A stretch of 64,000 nt of DNA from Chrysomallon squamiferum (lineage: Eukaryota; Animalia; Mollusca). The DNA is taken from positions 14,384,001-14,448,000 of the forward strand of contig CM022666.1 of NCBI GenBank assembly GCA_012295275.1, in the 5' to 3' direction. How positions within the stretch are numbered: the first letter of the stretch is position 1; each line of letters opens with the position of its first letter. Made by a program: the position numbers and the translations under genes. Below are positions 28,081-43,967 of the stretch, one piece after another. The notes beneath the pieces were generated by a model that was given only the letters and a program-made list of their open reading frames with translations, ran no database searches and had not been told where the DNA came from.

Positions 28081-28718
28081 TGAAGTTTTCAGAAAAAACA
28101 CTAAATTGGGAGGAATGTTGTATTAATGAAAACAAGGAATTAGTTAACAAAAGATCTGTAAAAGAAAACCAAAATGAAGACAGGATGAAAGTTATGTATG
28201 GAGTAACAGGTGACAGAAGTTTTACAGAAAACAAATGTTACATTTGGGAAAGTGAAATAACCTGTCACATTTTAGAAAGTGAAGAACTGGATTACGTAGC
28301 AGCTCAGATTGGAATCTGTGAGGAGAGACATTGTGATGAGGAAAGACAAATAGCTAAAAATAAACATGCTTGGTGTGTTAGTTTTGTCAGCTGTAAAGAT
28401 CACAATAAAATGTGTTTTCTTGTTTTCTCCTGTGGTGAATGTAAGTGTCATAGTCCAGTATGTGACTATAAAACAAACACACTAGTCCACACATCACTTA
28501 CACTAGTACTATACACACAAAATAAAACTCTGCACATAATAAACACAGACACTAACACACTTGTACACACACTGACTGATGTTGATGTGTCACAACCGTT
28601 GATACCTGTGTTTGCTGTTTTCAGTCCTGCTGATTTTGATGTGAAAGTGAAAATTTTACCTGATTTATCAAAGAATTCCACTTTGCTCAAACTGATCTCT
28701 TCTTTAATCTGCCCATAA
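28081..28718 (+). CDS. Orphan intact PRY-SPRY/B30.2-like exon (third copy, no RBCC exon or 78-nt exon upstream)
   Basis: Open frame highly similar to 21539-22188 and 59511-60157, followed by the same 3' UTR. Similarity begins abruptly at about 28074. Candidate phase-1 acceptor CACCAG|TG at 28080/28081. Confidence 0.7.
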
Positions 28719-29962
28719 AGTAAAATTATTTAACAAAACAGTAATTAATTTAAAAACAAACAACAAAAGTAAATTTGTAAACAACTGCCTGTCTGTCTGT
28801 TATTGTTTATCTCTGTACAATATTTAAATAAACTAAATAGAAATATTCTCAGTGACAAACACAGGCTATCAATGTCATCCACACACAAACACAGACACAC
28901 ACAGACACACACACACAGTCACACACACAGACATACAGATGTACACATGGACTATTACACTTACTATCTAAATTATTTGTAAAAGTTATAAATTAGTAAA
29001 TTTTCAGTTTTAAATCTCATTAGAAGTAATCCTCAGTCTACAGTGTCTCTCTACACCTCCACTGCATGTTGACTATCTAGTCTACTTTGTTAATTAGTTA
29101 ACTCTTTATGTGCTGTGTACCTGTGTTTTTGTGAAGAGTAAATTAACTGTTTGAACACATTACACTGTATTACAATACACGTGTAACATGTAAATGTTTC
29201 AATTTATATTTTTTATATAAACTGAAATAATATTTTTATTTTAAACACTTAAACTGTGATTTCATTTAAATAATGAGTGAAAGGAGACTAGAATTTATAC
29301 AGTTATATGAATGAATTAGAGTTATTGGTGAATATCATATTTCATATTATTTTAATGAGTTTATCATGTTATGTATTATAATGTTATCTGGCAGTATTAT
29401 TGAAATTTATATTAATCATGGATAAATGTTGTTGAGAAGAGTTTTTGTTTATTTAATTTTATATGAAAATTATTGAATGGTTTAAACAAATAATAATAAA
29501 TGTGATATTTTAAAACTGATTTCTGTTTTACTGCTAAATGATATAATGTTTACATAGATCATGATTGCTGTGTTATTTTTTATTCATTCCTTGTTTGTTT
29601 CCTTCATTAGTTTTATATTTACTATTATTATTAACTTTTTATTTTATTTATTTATTTCTTCCATTTTAAGTTCTTCACCCTTTCCAGTTTTCAGTCAATC
29701 ACTGGATTTTGTTGTTTCTTTACTTTTGTTTTTTCTGTTTTCTTCTTCTCTTTTCATTTGTTTGTTTCATATTTATTTACAAAAAGGGGACTTCAAAGCT
29801 GATCTGAATTGCAGTTAAATTATAAATGTTTATCCAAAATGATATTTGTTTATTTATTTATTTACTTATTTCTCTCTATCTGCCATACTTCCATCTATCT
29901 GTTTCCTTTCTTGATATCATATATTCAATATTCCTTGTTTTGTTACTTATTTATTAATTTAC

Positions 29963-29993
<31 letters not shown>

Positions 29994-30578
29994 TTGTTTT
30001 CTCCACATTTCATTCTTTTTTCTTTCATATATTTTTATTTTATTTAATTTTTTATTTGTTTTTCGTGACTTTTTCCTCTTTTAATTATTATATGTAATAT
30101 TTGTTCAAGCGGTTGCATCTTTATTAAAATTAGAACACTTAAGGTAGATGAAAATGTTAGAATGTGTGTTTGTGTTCTTTAATATTAAACTTGAAGTGCT
30201 TTTTAAACTGAGTAGTGGAAAGAGTTAAAATACAGGTGAGTTTAAAAAAATTATATATGTATATATATAATATCAGATAAATCAAATTAAATCAATTTTA
30301 AATAATAGGAACAAAACTGAATAATGATGATGATAAATATTTTATTAGTTTTAAATTGTGGGTTGACATCATTTTGCATCAGATTTTAAAACAACAGATA
30401 TGTGAAGTAATTCCATCTGTTCATAAAAAGCTTACCTTCTGACCTACATTATTTACAGAGATTTATTTTTCAAACATTGAAAAAAAGAAAAAAAAAAGAG
30501 CAAAGAAAACAAAATCAGATTTCTAAAGTTCAAGTTTTTTTTATAGAAACTGAATATCAATGCTTCTATGTGATTTAG

Positions 30579-33128
<2,550 letters not shown>

Positions 33129-34701
33129 TGAAGTATTTTGAGTTAAGTGGATTCTCAGTGTGAAATAAAATACCAGAAAGGTACTGTTATATCTGTTGTT
33201 GTTGTTTGTTTCTTCCTTAATATTAACAGCTAAAATATGTTATATAGATATAATTTATATAAAAGAATATAATATAGATAGTATGTAATTTATACTTTCT
33301 TGTTTTACATACTGAAAGTTTATTTTTAATTATAAAGTTTTCATTCCGTTCGTTTTGTTAGCCAAAATTCATTTAGAATTCTAAATATTATTTGCAACAT
33401 ATGTACATTATAAAGCTGAATTTAATTTTTTTTTATTTTAATTTTAATTTATTTTGTTTGATATCCCATCATTTATTTTCTGTTTTTATTTTATAAATTT
33501 TTCTTGCATACTTTTCGTTTTCTTCCCTTCAATAAAAAAACAAAAAAACAAAAAAAAATTTAAATAAGGTCAATTCAAACTTAATTTCAGTGAGTGTTTT
33601 CATATCTTCTGTATTTCTTGTTTCATTCATTTCCTAATTCATAACTTTTTTCATTACTTAATTTTTTCCTTTCTACACATTTTATTATCTTAATTGTTTA
33701 AGATTTTGAAAAATAACTGACTTGTAAATTGTCAACAATGATTGTGAGAGATTCAGTATATGGCAAAATCTGAAGAATTCTTATTCTTAATTTTTTTTGA
33801 ATGGCTATTTATTTGTGTATGTAAAAAAAGAAGGCAGGATAATAGCAGACAAGAAACATTAAATAATTAAATAAAAAAAAAATAAAAAGATATGTAAAAA
33901 ATAAAACAAACAGAATACAACACAGCAACACAACACAAAATAAATAAATAAATAACAAAGGTATTAAAAGAATAACTAGTCAATTGAACATGTTCCATTA
34001 CAGTAATATATTTACATATTTAGTTATTTTTTAATTTAAATTTCAATAGAAATTTTTGGTTTTAAATAATAATTTATTGCAATCATAACCCCCCCCAAAA
34101 GCAATACAAATAAATAAATAAACAGGTGAAAACAAATAATAACAAAAAACAAAACAAAAAAAACGAAGAAAGAAAGAAACAGACAGTAAAAGTAAATAAA
34201 CCAAATATATAGTATATTATATAATTATAGCCACTTGAGTAGCACTAGAGTTATTTCCCTTAGACTACATTGAGAAAACAATGTACCTAACGGGTAAACA
34301 TGTATTTGTGTACAGAAACAGTATATACTGTCACTTTGACAGTGTCACGTTCCAAACTTTTGAATACAAAATAAAAGGAACTGAATGATGCAAACTGGTC
34401 TATAATGTACTCAAAGTCAGTTTTCTCAATTTATTCTCTTTTTTACACTGAGCAGAGAAAGACTAGATTAAAAATCCTATATACACTACGTATTGTTATA
34501 ATAGAGATTATGCTATAAATCAGACATTACAGTATGCTAGTTTCTCTAGATAATGATGTAATAAAATTAATAACGTTGAACAATACGGCAGATTACTCCT
34601 CTTGTATTCTGTAATCCTTGTTTAGCAGCAAGAAGGAATTCGAAAAAAATAGAAAAAGAAAAGAAATTAATAAATAAATAACATTTAAAAAAGTTGATAT
34701 T

Positions 34702-34702
<1 letters not shown>

Positions 34703-34778
<76 letters not shown>
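34703..34778. repeat. (GA)n microsatellite
   Basis: Directly visible; the paralogous site near 10845 has only AAAGAGA. Confidence 0.95.
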
Positions 34779-34782
<4 letters not shown>

Positions 34783-35802
34783 CAATACTGACAACAAAAT
34801 CCTCATTCAGACTTGAATATTTTATTTCTTGTTTTATAAGTAGTTTGATCGCAGGAAAATACATAATTTCTCGATTTTGTGTTTATGTATGTTTAACATA
34901 TGTATGGTTACACTTTCATGAAATCCAAGTGCTGTCAATGAGAGAACGTCACTATGGTTACGTAATAAACAAATATTCGTATCAATCGGACAGTTCAGAT
35001 GGTCTCTGAATTTCTAAATAAATTGTACATGACGTCACACGAACCTTGAACTAGTGAAGCAAACACTGAAGACTTCAGGGTCTGTTTAGTACTCAGAAAA
35101 GTGGGCGAATGAAAATATGTATTTGCCTTTATTTTCGTTAGTATTTTCAAATTACTTTTATTTTCATTACTTTATTTATTTATTTATTTATTTATATATT
35201 TGTTGTTATTATTATTATTAATATTATTATTATTATTATGTCGGCAAGGAGATGTCTTCTAGCGTTTTCCCGAATGTGGTCTAAGGGAAATAACTCCAGT
35301 AGTGATCGACGTGACCACATACTAAATATACTATTTATTTATCTTTTAAAAATCATTTGTTTTTATTTATTTATATATATTTTATTTATTTATTACCTGT
35401 TTTGCTATTATTTTCCTGCTTACTTTTTTACATACATACGTACATACATGCATATATACATACATATACATACATAAATACATACATACATACATATATA
35501 CATACATTCAGATACATACATACATATATACATATATTCAGATACATACATACATAACAAATTACCATTGGAAGAAAATTAAAAATATGAATGTTTCAGA
35601 GTTTGCCAGAAACTGTATATCTCACTGACTTTGTAGATAATTTATAAGTCAGTTATTTGTCAACATCTGAAGCAATTAATGTAATGAAAGGTTAGAGAAA
35701 CATGAGAAAGAAATACAAAAAAATAGAGCCACACACACACACACACACACACACTCTCTCTCTCTCTCTGTCACTCACACTTTCTCTCTCTCTCATACAG
35801 TT

Positions 35803-35856
<54 letters not shown>

Positions 35857-36967
35857 TCACATACATAAATATATAATCTATATCTATATACACACACACA
35901 CACACACATACATACATACATCCAATAATTTATTTTATTTCATTTATTTATTTATTTATTTGTTATGCTTTATCATCAAAATTGAAAATCTGCTGTATAC
36001 CGTTTTCTATATAAGGTCTTCATGCGCGCGTGTGTGTGTGTGGTTAAAGAACAGATGGCGATGGTTTTAAGCCCTTCATATATTTCTTGAAATTACCAAT
36101 TCGTCTATCGATAATCCTACTACACAAAATAATGAACAGCTGTCTGCTGTGTGAACATCTTTTCATGTACATGATCCTTCACAAATCATGTATTCTAAAA
36201 CCTTGAAAATGCATTCCCACGTATGGGATATCAACATAGATAGGTGTGTGAGTGTGTGTGTGCGTATGTGTGCGTGTGTTTGTGCCTGAGTACAGATACG
36301 CACGCACACATTCACACACGTAGGCGCTATGATTATTTCTGGAAACAGATAATACAGAAATAGCATTAATGTGAGAATGAGGAATGAGTTGGAAAAATGC
36401 GGTGCAATAAAAAACATAAATTGTAAATATTAAAATAATTTGAATAGAAATCCTGTAGTATTTGTTTTTCTCTGTCAGTAATATATATTAATATTAACCT
36501 CTTTTTATTTTATTTTTTATTTTTTGCTATTTCTTTTACAGATCTATTCTAAGCTAAAAAGAGCTGACTAAAAAATATCGACTTTCTGCAAACAAAACAT
36601 CGATGGAATTTCTTCAGTTCAGTAATTTCCTGAAAACATCAAATAATTTAACGGAAATGTGTTTTAGATTCACATAAATGCATCAGAACAAATACCAAGC
36701 CACAGCTGCTCCCGTAGAGTTAGAGAAAATCGCAGATTCTGATGTAAAGAAATATTAGAGCAAATCTCGATCGTGTGTCTTCAGTTACAAGTAATCTGTT
36801 CTTATTCTGGAATGTAATTCCAAGTCAGAATCCGTCTTTTATGTATTAACAAAAAGTATCAAATAATAAAACACAAATACTTGTGGTGTTTTTTGGTGAG
36901 AGAAAAAGGAAACAATTATAAAAAAGTGAAATTGCAAGGGAAAATATAAATAAATAATAATTTGCCG

Positions 36968-37967
36968 ATGAAATTTGTCATGTCGTGTTTATGTTGTAAG
37001 CCTCCTTCTGATTTGCCGCCAATAATAGACGTCGACAAGGTCATTCAAGATTACGTATGGCGTAAGATCAAAGGTGACCGATATCCTCTAGCCAGACTGT
37101 TTATGAGAAGGTGCGATTATGAAATCGAGGTTCCGCATAATTATTTTCATTTCGAAGACGTCGAAGAAGATATAAAAAAGAAAATACGAAAGCGTCGCCA
37201 AACAAACCCAGAAAATCTCAGACAGAGGGCAGTAAACCGATTCCAGAGTTATCGGTCCTGTCGACGGAGTTCAGAAACAACACGGAAACAGAACAGACGT
37301 TTCAGTTCCGGTTTCAGAAAACCAGGTCAGCTTCAGTGAACGTGACCTTTCAGAAAGGATTCACAATTGGAGGGAAGGCGCATTTCAAACTGGGCCTGCC
37401 CAAACATCTTACCGATTCGTCAGTAGGCGGAGAGGTCAATATTAAATACGAGGTCACGAAAACGACCGGGGAAACGTTCGACGAAAGCGTAACAATCGAG
37501 GCAAACAGCGAAATCAAAGTGTTCCAGAAGCGCAAATACATCGCCAAGGTCGCTCTGGCCGAACGTCAGTTTTCCGGAACCTTCCGAGTGGAAACCATAA
37601 TGAGGCTGCCTTCAGGATCGGCGCCAATTTTTGTCCGGAAGAAGCGTAATCGAGAGCTGTACTGCATCGAGTCGATAAGCGATTTGAAGTCCGTGTTCGC
37701 GGGACTTCCCGTGCACGTGGAAGACGTCTCGAAGCCGGACGAGAAGGTCGCCTGCTACGCCATCAAGTTTGAAACGACGGGCGTCATCGAAGGAGTCCGC
37801 TTGTTAGGTCAGAAAATCTACCTCGATTCCGAGCTCTTGGACGAAGATGACACGTTCACGGTATCTATGCCGAAGTCCATGCACCAGCTCGTGAACGGCC
37901 CGCCCCCGAGAAACTCTCTGACGTCATGGAAAGCAGCACGGATTCTGCGTCACAGGAATCAGGGCAG
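36968..37967 (+). CDS. Aerolysin-type (ETX/MTX2, LIN-24-like) beta-pore-forming protein, coding exon 1, with two -1 frameshifts
   Basis: Joined frames give ..STEFRNNTETEQTFQFRFQKTRSASVNVTFQKGFTIGGKAHFKLGLP..VGGEVNIKYEVTKTTGETFDESVTIEANSEIKV..IAKVALAERQFSGTFRVET, the S/T-rich beta strands and amphipathic hairpin pattern of ETX/MTX2 proteins. Frame breaks fall at the A-run near 37174-37184 and the C-run at 37903-37907. Donor CAG|GTATTT after 37967; UTR acceptor at 36541. GC content is well above the flanks. Confidence 0.8.
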
Positions 37968-39246
37968 GTATTTATCCTGGTATTTCCGGTACAGCAGGAA
38001 GTTATTGTTTGGAAGAGTATTATTTGTAAATGTTTGATTGGTTAATATTCAGATGTTATAATTTGTTCATATAATTTAAGACATATTAATTTTAATATCA
38101 CACAAACGAAATATAATTTTGCAATAATAATAATAATAATAATAATATAATAACAACAACAACAACAACAACAACAATAGTAATGATGATGATGATGATG
38201 ATGATAATACTATAATAATAACGACAACATCAACAACAACAACAATAGTAATGATGATGATGATGATGATAATAATAATACTATAATAATAACGACAACA
38301 TCAACAACAACAACGGTAACACGAACATTTATGTAATACTATATACTAATTATTTATATTGAAATAGTGGCAGTTATTAATTCACAGCAACTTCTCTCTA
38401 TAATGAAACCACAGACAATATATTCATATTGTTTATGAAGTAACAACGCCAGACTGTCATTCAGAGCACGTGTTTCATTTGAAACAGGAAAGAGTATCGT
38501 GCATCCCGCTATTGTTTGAAGTGAGTGGGATAAGTGGGAAATAAACAGCGTCAAAAATACGTAAATTACAGATAGACTTTGAAACTGAAATTCAGACCAA
38601 TTTAAGTGAGGGTTTCCTTTGCCGTTTGTATTATAGGCTTGTGTTATATCATTTCCAAACCAGGAATAAAATATCAGTTGCTAATGATTATAATGCATTA
38701 AATTTTGTCTGTATTTTAATGAAAACAAAAGGAATTTCTGTGTGTGTGTGTGTGTGTGTCTATATGTTCGGATGTATATATATGCATGAGTGTGTGTGTG
38801 TGTGTGTGTGTGTTTTTGTGTGTTTTTGTTCAGGGTATCGCTATAGAATTATCTCCCCTTAATTTGCACTCTACAGCTATCATTGTCATGCAGTCACGAT
38901 AAAATGATAATCATGGTTATTATAAAATAAATCTCAACACGTTCCAGTGTTTTCTTGCTTTGGCTATACTGTAACTTGAGCAGGAATGTGAAACTAAACT
39001 GAAAGGTTCAAGTCGGTGACGGTTTTGTCAAACGTCTTGTTTTGTTCCTTTCTCCGCGGGAAGAAACAAATATTGACTGTCTTAATTTCCCATCTTCTGT
39101 TTTGTTTCCTCCGTATATTATTAGCGTTTTCGTTTGATGAGCAAATATTTGACATATAGTAGAATCTAGATTTAGAAAAATACAACAAAAAATCAAATAC
39201 AAACAATTATATATGGTATAATTTATATATATATATATATATAAAC

Positions 39247-39281
<35 letters not shown>

Positions 39282-39688
39282 GAAATGTATGCTTTCATTT
39301 ATTTTGTGTGTCTGATGACATCAGAAAAAAAAAAAAGGACTGTCGGGCAGACAGACAGACAGACAGACATTCAGACAGATAAATACATAGACTGACAGAT
39401 ATAGATAGTTATATAGATACCTATAGATAGATAGATAGAAAGAAAGATAGATAGAGAGAGAGATAGACAGGCTCATAGCCAGATAGATAGATAGATAGAC
39501 AGACAAACAGACAAATAAATAGAGATGTAAGTAAATAAATAAATTAGTGAAACAAAATAAATCATAAAAAAGAACAAGCTAAACAAATGTAGTAATAAAA
39601 TAAATAGTATTAAAAAAGGGTTTAAAAAACCCCTAAGAATAGACATACAATATAATTCATTCTTCCGAACATTTTTTGAGAGAGAGAG

Positions 39689-39719
<31 letters not shown>

Positions 39720-40876
39720 ATAATAATAATAAACTGGATAAAAACAAAAAATCAAAAAACAAAAACAAAAAATGTACAGAAAACCCACTCCCTATCTTCC
39801 TCTCTACCGAACTACAATCTTCTTCTTCTTCTTCTTCTTCTTTTTCTTCGCTTATCAAGCTCGGAATTAACGTGAGAGAAATTTGCTTTCTTTGTACGGC
39901 TGGGAACGGAAATTAACAAAGCACGATGTGTTCTGCTTGCAATCGCGGACCTAACAGCGAACGCCTTTCATTAAGTTACTTCCACATCGTTCAATCACCC
40001 AGCTAATGAAAGTCGTTTTCGGCCTCTTTCCTTTATTGGTTCTTGTGTCTGTCTGTCTGTCTGTCTGCCATCGGCTGCTGTAAAACTCTGATTGTATTCT
40101 GAACTATTTATATTCTACATAGAGAGATAAATAAATTGTGTTGTTGGTAACCATGGCTTTAATATATATATTAATAATTATTATTATTACTTCTTATTTT
40201 TTGTATTGGCTTCTTCTTCTATTTTCAGTACGTTTTATCTATGATTAAAAGTAAATATAATTATACAGTCTTGTAGGTAACCATGGTGATTTCACTTTCT
40301 CTAGTTATTTTCTCAATACATTAACTCTGTGACAGTAACTGCAGCATTGTCAAAATGATAATAATCATCATCATTATCATGATTATCATTATTTTGTCAG
40401 CATTCATAAATACAGCAACAAACTACATGTATAACATGTTCACATATACGCATACATATAACATTTATATTCATATGCGATTTAAATAAAATTAATTTGA
40501 AATAACATTAACGTAAGTAAATTACTCTATCAAGTTTTGTTCTTTATTTTATTTCTGTTTATTTATTTACTTATTTATTTATTTATTTATTATTAATTTG
40601 TTTTAGTCTGATTTTTATCTGTTACTATTTATATCACGTGTAATGCATGTGCATAATATCAGAGATTAACCCATTCAACTATGATTTGCTATCACCATAA
40701 ACGTACTATCGTTGCTCAGTCTTTCCAAGTTATTTTTTCATCTCATTAGACTTAATTAACTTAGTGTGCCTGGGGAGTCGACTTAGGTGTCAAATCGCTT
40801 AATGAAAAGTTAACACAAATTATGTGTAAATTATAAAAATGCTTTTATGACTCCTGTCTATTAAGATATCGAAATG

Positions 40877-42017
40877 CAGGGGAAAGTGGGGACCAAGGAG
40901 CCATTTTGAAGATATTTGGCCATTTCACCCAAACCTTGATAGCTGTTGACTGAACAACTGTTGGTGCTTATAGGTAAGGGAACAAGGAACCGCCCATTGG
41001 TGACCTGTGGGCTATCATCTCAAACATTGGAACTAGCTAGAAACGACACACCTGTAAATCTTTTTCTTTTTAATCCCTATCATAAATTTCAAATGAGTTG
41101 CACAGACTGTAGTAAATGATGGGTGAAATTACATATTCGACACACTGACCTCTGTCTAGGGCATATTGTGCTACTGACACTGTCTCCAAGGTTTCGGTAT
41201 ATTTTAGAGATTCCTAAAGTAATGCTGAATCTTACTGAAGATTGAGCTCCATCCAAACTGCCACAGAATTGTATGATTCCCTTCTGCCTTTTATTAGGTT
41301 TGCACAACAAGTTGAGCAAGGATATCCAAAATGAAATCTGCCTCATCTGAGCTTATGTCTTCCTGGACAGGCTCAGTAAATGCACATGAAATAATCTGCT
41401 TGGAAGATTTTCTGAGAAACTGGACTTCATAGTCCGTCTTCGTCATCTTTTGTCGTGTGATTACACCGATGTAGCTCTGCTGAGGAAAAACCTCAGTCTG
41501 TCTTCCATTCTTTCTTTCTAGGCATTTTTTTTTTATACCAGAAACAGCATTCTATTCTATCCAGAAGAAAAGTAATACCAGCAATTAATTATCTGTCGAA
41601 TAATATTGATTTTAAATCTCTATATTCCCCTGAAAGACAATAATATCCAATGAACCGTCTTCTCATTTGTCTCCAACATTGCTTTCATTTTGTTAGCTCA
41701 GTGTACCAGAGAACCACATGGCTGATCGAATAAAACTGTATTTAGAAGTCAAAAGAAATTACTAAAGAAAAACACAAATCTTTTGAGGATCTACGAAATA
41801 TGTTTTATCACCTCAGTATTAACTTGTAACCAAAACACAGACATTTACTCAAGATAGTCAGAAACCTACTTTTTAACTGATGGACTGCTCTAAAGCGCTC
41901 TAAACAGAGTTTGGTGAAAGTCACATGTATAGTATTTCCATTGATGGTGGATAGATGTCACTACCATTTTGGAGTCAAATATTTATGGGGTGGCTCATAG
42001 CTCCGCAGTTTCCCCTA
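40877..42017 (-). mobile_element. Internally deleted pogo/Tc1-mariner-like DNA transposon
   Basis: Imperfect ~27-bp TIRs: CAGGGGAAAGTGGGGACCAAGGAGCCA versus reverse complement TAGGGGAAACTGCGGAGCTATGAGCCA. Minus-strand MPRKKEWKTD*GFSS near 41525 resembles psq-HTH transposase N-termini. No DDE region seen. Confidence 0.6.
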
Positions 42018-42796
42018 CTGCTAATGGTACGAACCTGTATAAATCATTCCTCATTTATGTCTATAATTATTTTGGTGGAATCTAGAAAAATCTAAATAAT
42101 ATCTTCAGACCGCTTGATTATACAGTGATATCTGTAATATTATTTTAATAATGAAAGAGAAAATGGAGTTTTCTCACGTTGTCAAAAACATTAGAGATTT
42201 GCTTACAAAAGTCAGTCACAGATGACAAGATGGTAAAATTTGTCGTGTAATCACGTCTTAATAACGTTGAAATTAATCTCATTCTTCTGTGTGTAATGCG
42301 ACTGGTGAAATTAATCTCATGTGCCAAAGAAATAAATAAAAATTTAAAACTACAGAGGTTTTTAACACGAAATAATAGTCCGGCTATCATTCGTCAGAAA
42401 ATTAAAGTTATCTGTGTACTCAATCTTTAATGACTTTTGACTTTGCAGTAATACTTGTATTGATCATTAGTTTAGTATGGATGAAAAGAGATAATTCATT
42501 GATCACCTGAGGAATATGGATAAAGACGTTTAATTTTTATTTATTTATTTATTCATTTATTTATTTATTTATTTATTTATTTTGTTAAATTGTTTTTATA
42601 ATTCTAAGTTGATCCTTAAATAACAGATTCTTTATTCTTCATCATCATCGTCTTCTTTCTTCTTTTTTTCATTATTTGTGCTGTTAGTACTGTTACAACA
42701 ACTACTATAATTATTTATGTATTATTAATGTTGATGTTGTTGTTGTTGTTGTTGTCGTCGTCGTCGTGACATTGATTATTTTTGTTATTTTATCAG

Positions 42797-43768
42797 GATA
42801 CAACAGACAACCAGCCAGAGACGAAGATTTTAAAAGGACCAGAAATACCACAAATTGTGACCACGTCGCCTAGCAGTAGAAATAGTAGTCGTCGTTGCTC
42901 AGATCAGCAATATTCGGCAACGACGCCAGCACAGGCAGCGTCGTTGTACGACAGTAAACCTGCTGACGTCACTAGTGTACATTTTCAAAGTAGGAGTAGA
43001 GTAGTTGACCATACAGACTTTAGTAAACCGGTTTCGGGTTCAGTGAGGGTAGGACCCGGATGTAGTTCTGCTTTAGCAGGAAAGACTGAATCTGTCGGTG
43101 TTGCCGACGTCAAAACGTCTTCTTGGGAAACAGGCAAAAAATTGTCTCAGTCAGAGACAACGTATTACGAAAATGTGACAGTGCCGTCAAAATCGGAAAC
43201 AGAAGTTAGTCAGATGAAAGGAAAATCTAAATGTTATATGAAACAGTCGCGAGTTGTTGACCCAGACGCGAAACAGACGGCGCCATCTTTGTCAGACACT
43301 AATCAGACGGCAAAATCTTTGGAAAATACGAAGCAGAAGGCAAAATCTTTGGCAGATACGAAACAGACGACAAAACCATCAACAGACACAAAACAGACGA
43401 CAAAACCTGATTCATCTACGAAATCTTCTGGTAAAGCTATGACAGGACTAACATCTGTCCTAGACCCCATCAGCAGACAGACGGCGAAATCGGACACAGA
43501 CGCAACGCAGACACAACAAACGGACTCAGACACGAAACGGACAAAACCGGCAGACGTGAACGTCTTAGAATCAAAAACAATTCTTCGCGGTTTGCTAGAT
43601 TCTGAATTGGCAGAAAAACGTCGAATACGAGCTAAAGTGGATCTGAAAGGAGACGTGTTTACTAGACACAGTTTGCCAGTGTCGAAGAACGATGAGTTGA
43701 GAAAAGCTGTTTTGTCTGAAGAAAAGAGAAAAAGCTTGTCCAAGTTAACGAAATGTACCAGCGTGTGA
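42797..43768 (+). CDS. Terminal exon encoding an S/T/K/Q-rich disordered tail, probably exon 2 of the pore-forming gene
   Basis: 323-codon open frame after TTTTATCAG| (phase 0), raised GC, 10-aa repeats (DTKQTxKxLx) at about 43265-43410, ends KRKSLSKLTKCTSV*. Phase matches the 37967 donor once the C-run frameshift is corrected. Confidence 0.72.
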   Translation, partial: DTTDNQPETKILKGPEIPQIVTTSPSSRNSSRRCSDQQYSATTPAQAASLYDSKPADVTSVHFQSRSRVVDHTDFSKPVSGSVRVGPGCSSALAGKTESVGVADVKTSSWETGKKLSQSETTYYENVTVPSKSETEVSQMKGKSKCYMKQSRVVDPDAKQTAPSLSDTNQTAKSLENTKQKAKSLADTKQTTKPSTDTKQTTKPDSSTKSSGKAMTGLTSVLDPISRQTAKSDTDATQTQQTDSDTKRTKPADVNVLESKTILRGLLDSELAEKRRIRAKVDLKGDVFTRHSLPVSKNDELRKAVLSEEKRKSLSKLTKCTSV

Positions 43769-43931
43769 TCGCGAAATTTTTAAATCATTATTATATCAAA
43801 TGTAACGAATATGATGATCTTAGAAAAGCTGTTTTAAGAAGTAAAACTCTTTAACGGAAAAGAAAATGAGATGGGGAGGGAATCAGTGAAATCGTAGAAT
43901 TGCAAAGTCGGGCATTTTGTTATGATTTAAT

Positions 43932-43967
<36 letters not shown>

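Noticed and set aside
43750-43768. C-terminal CTSV as a definite CaaX prenylation signal
   Set aside because: T-S-V is atypical for aaX. Kept only as a possible PDZ or membrane-binding end.
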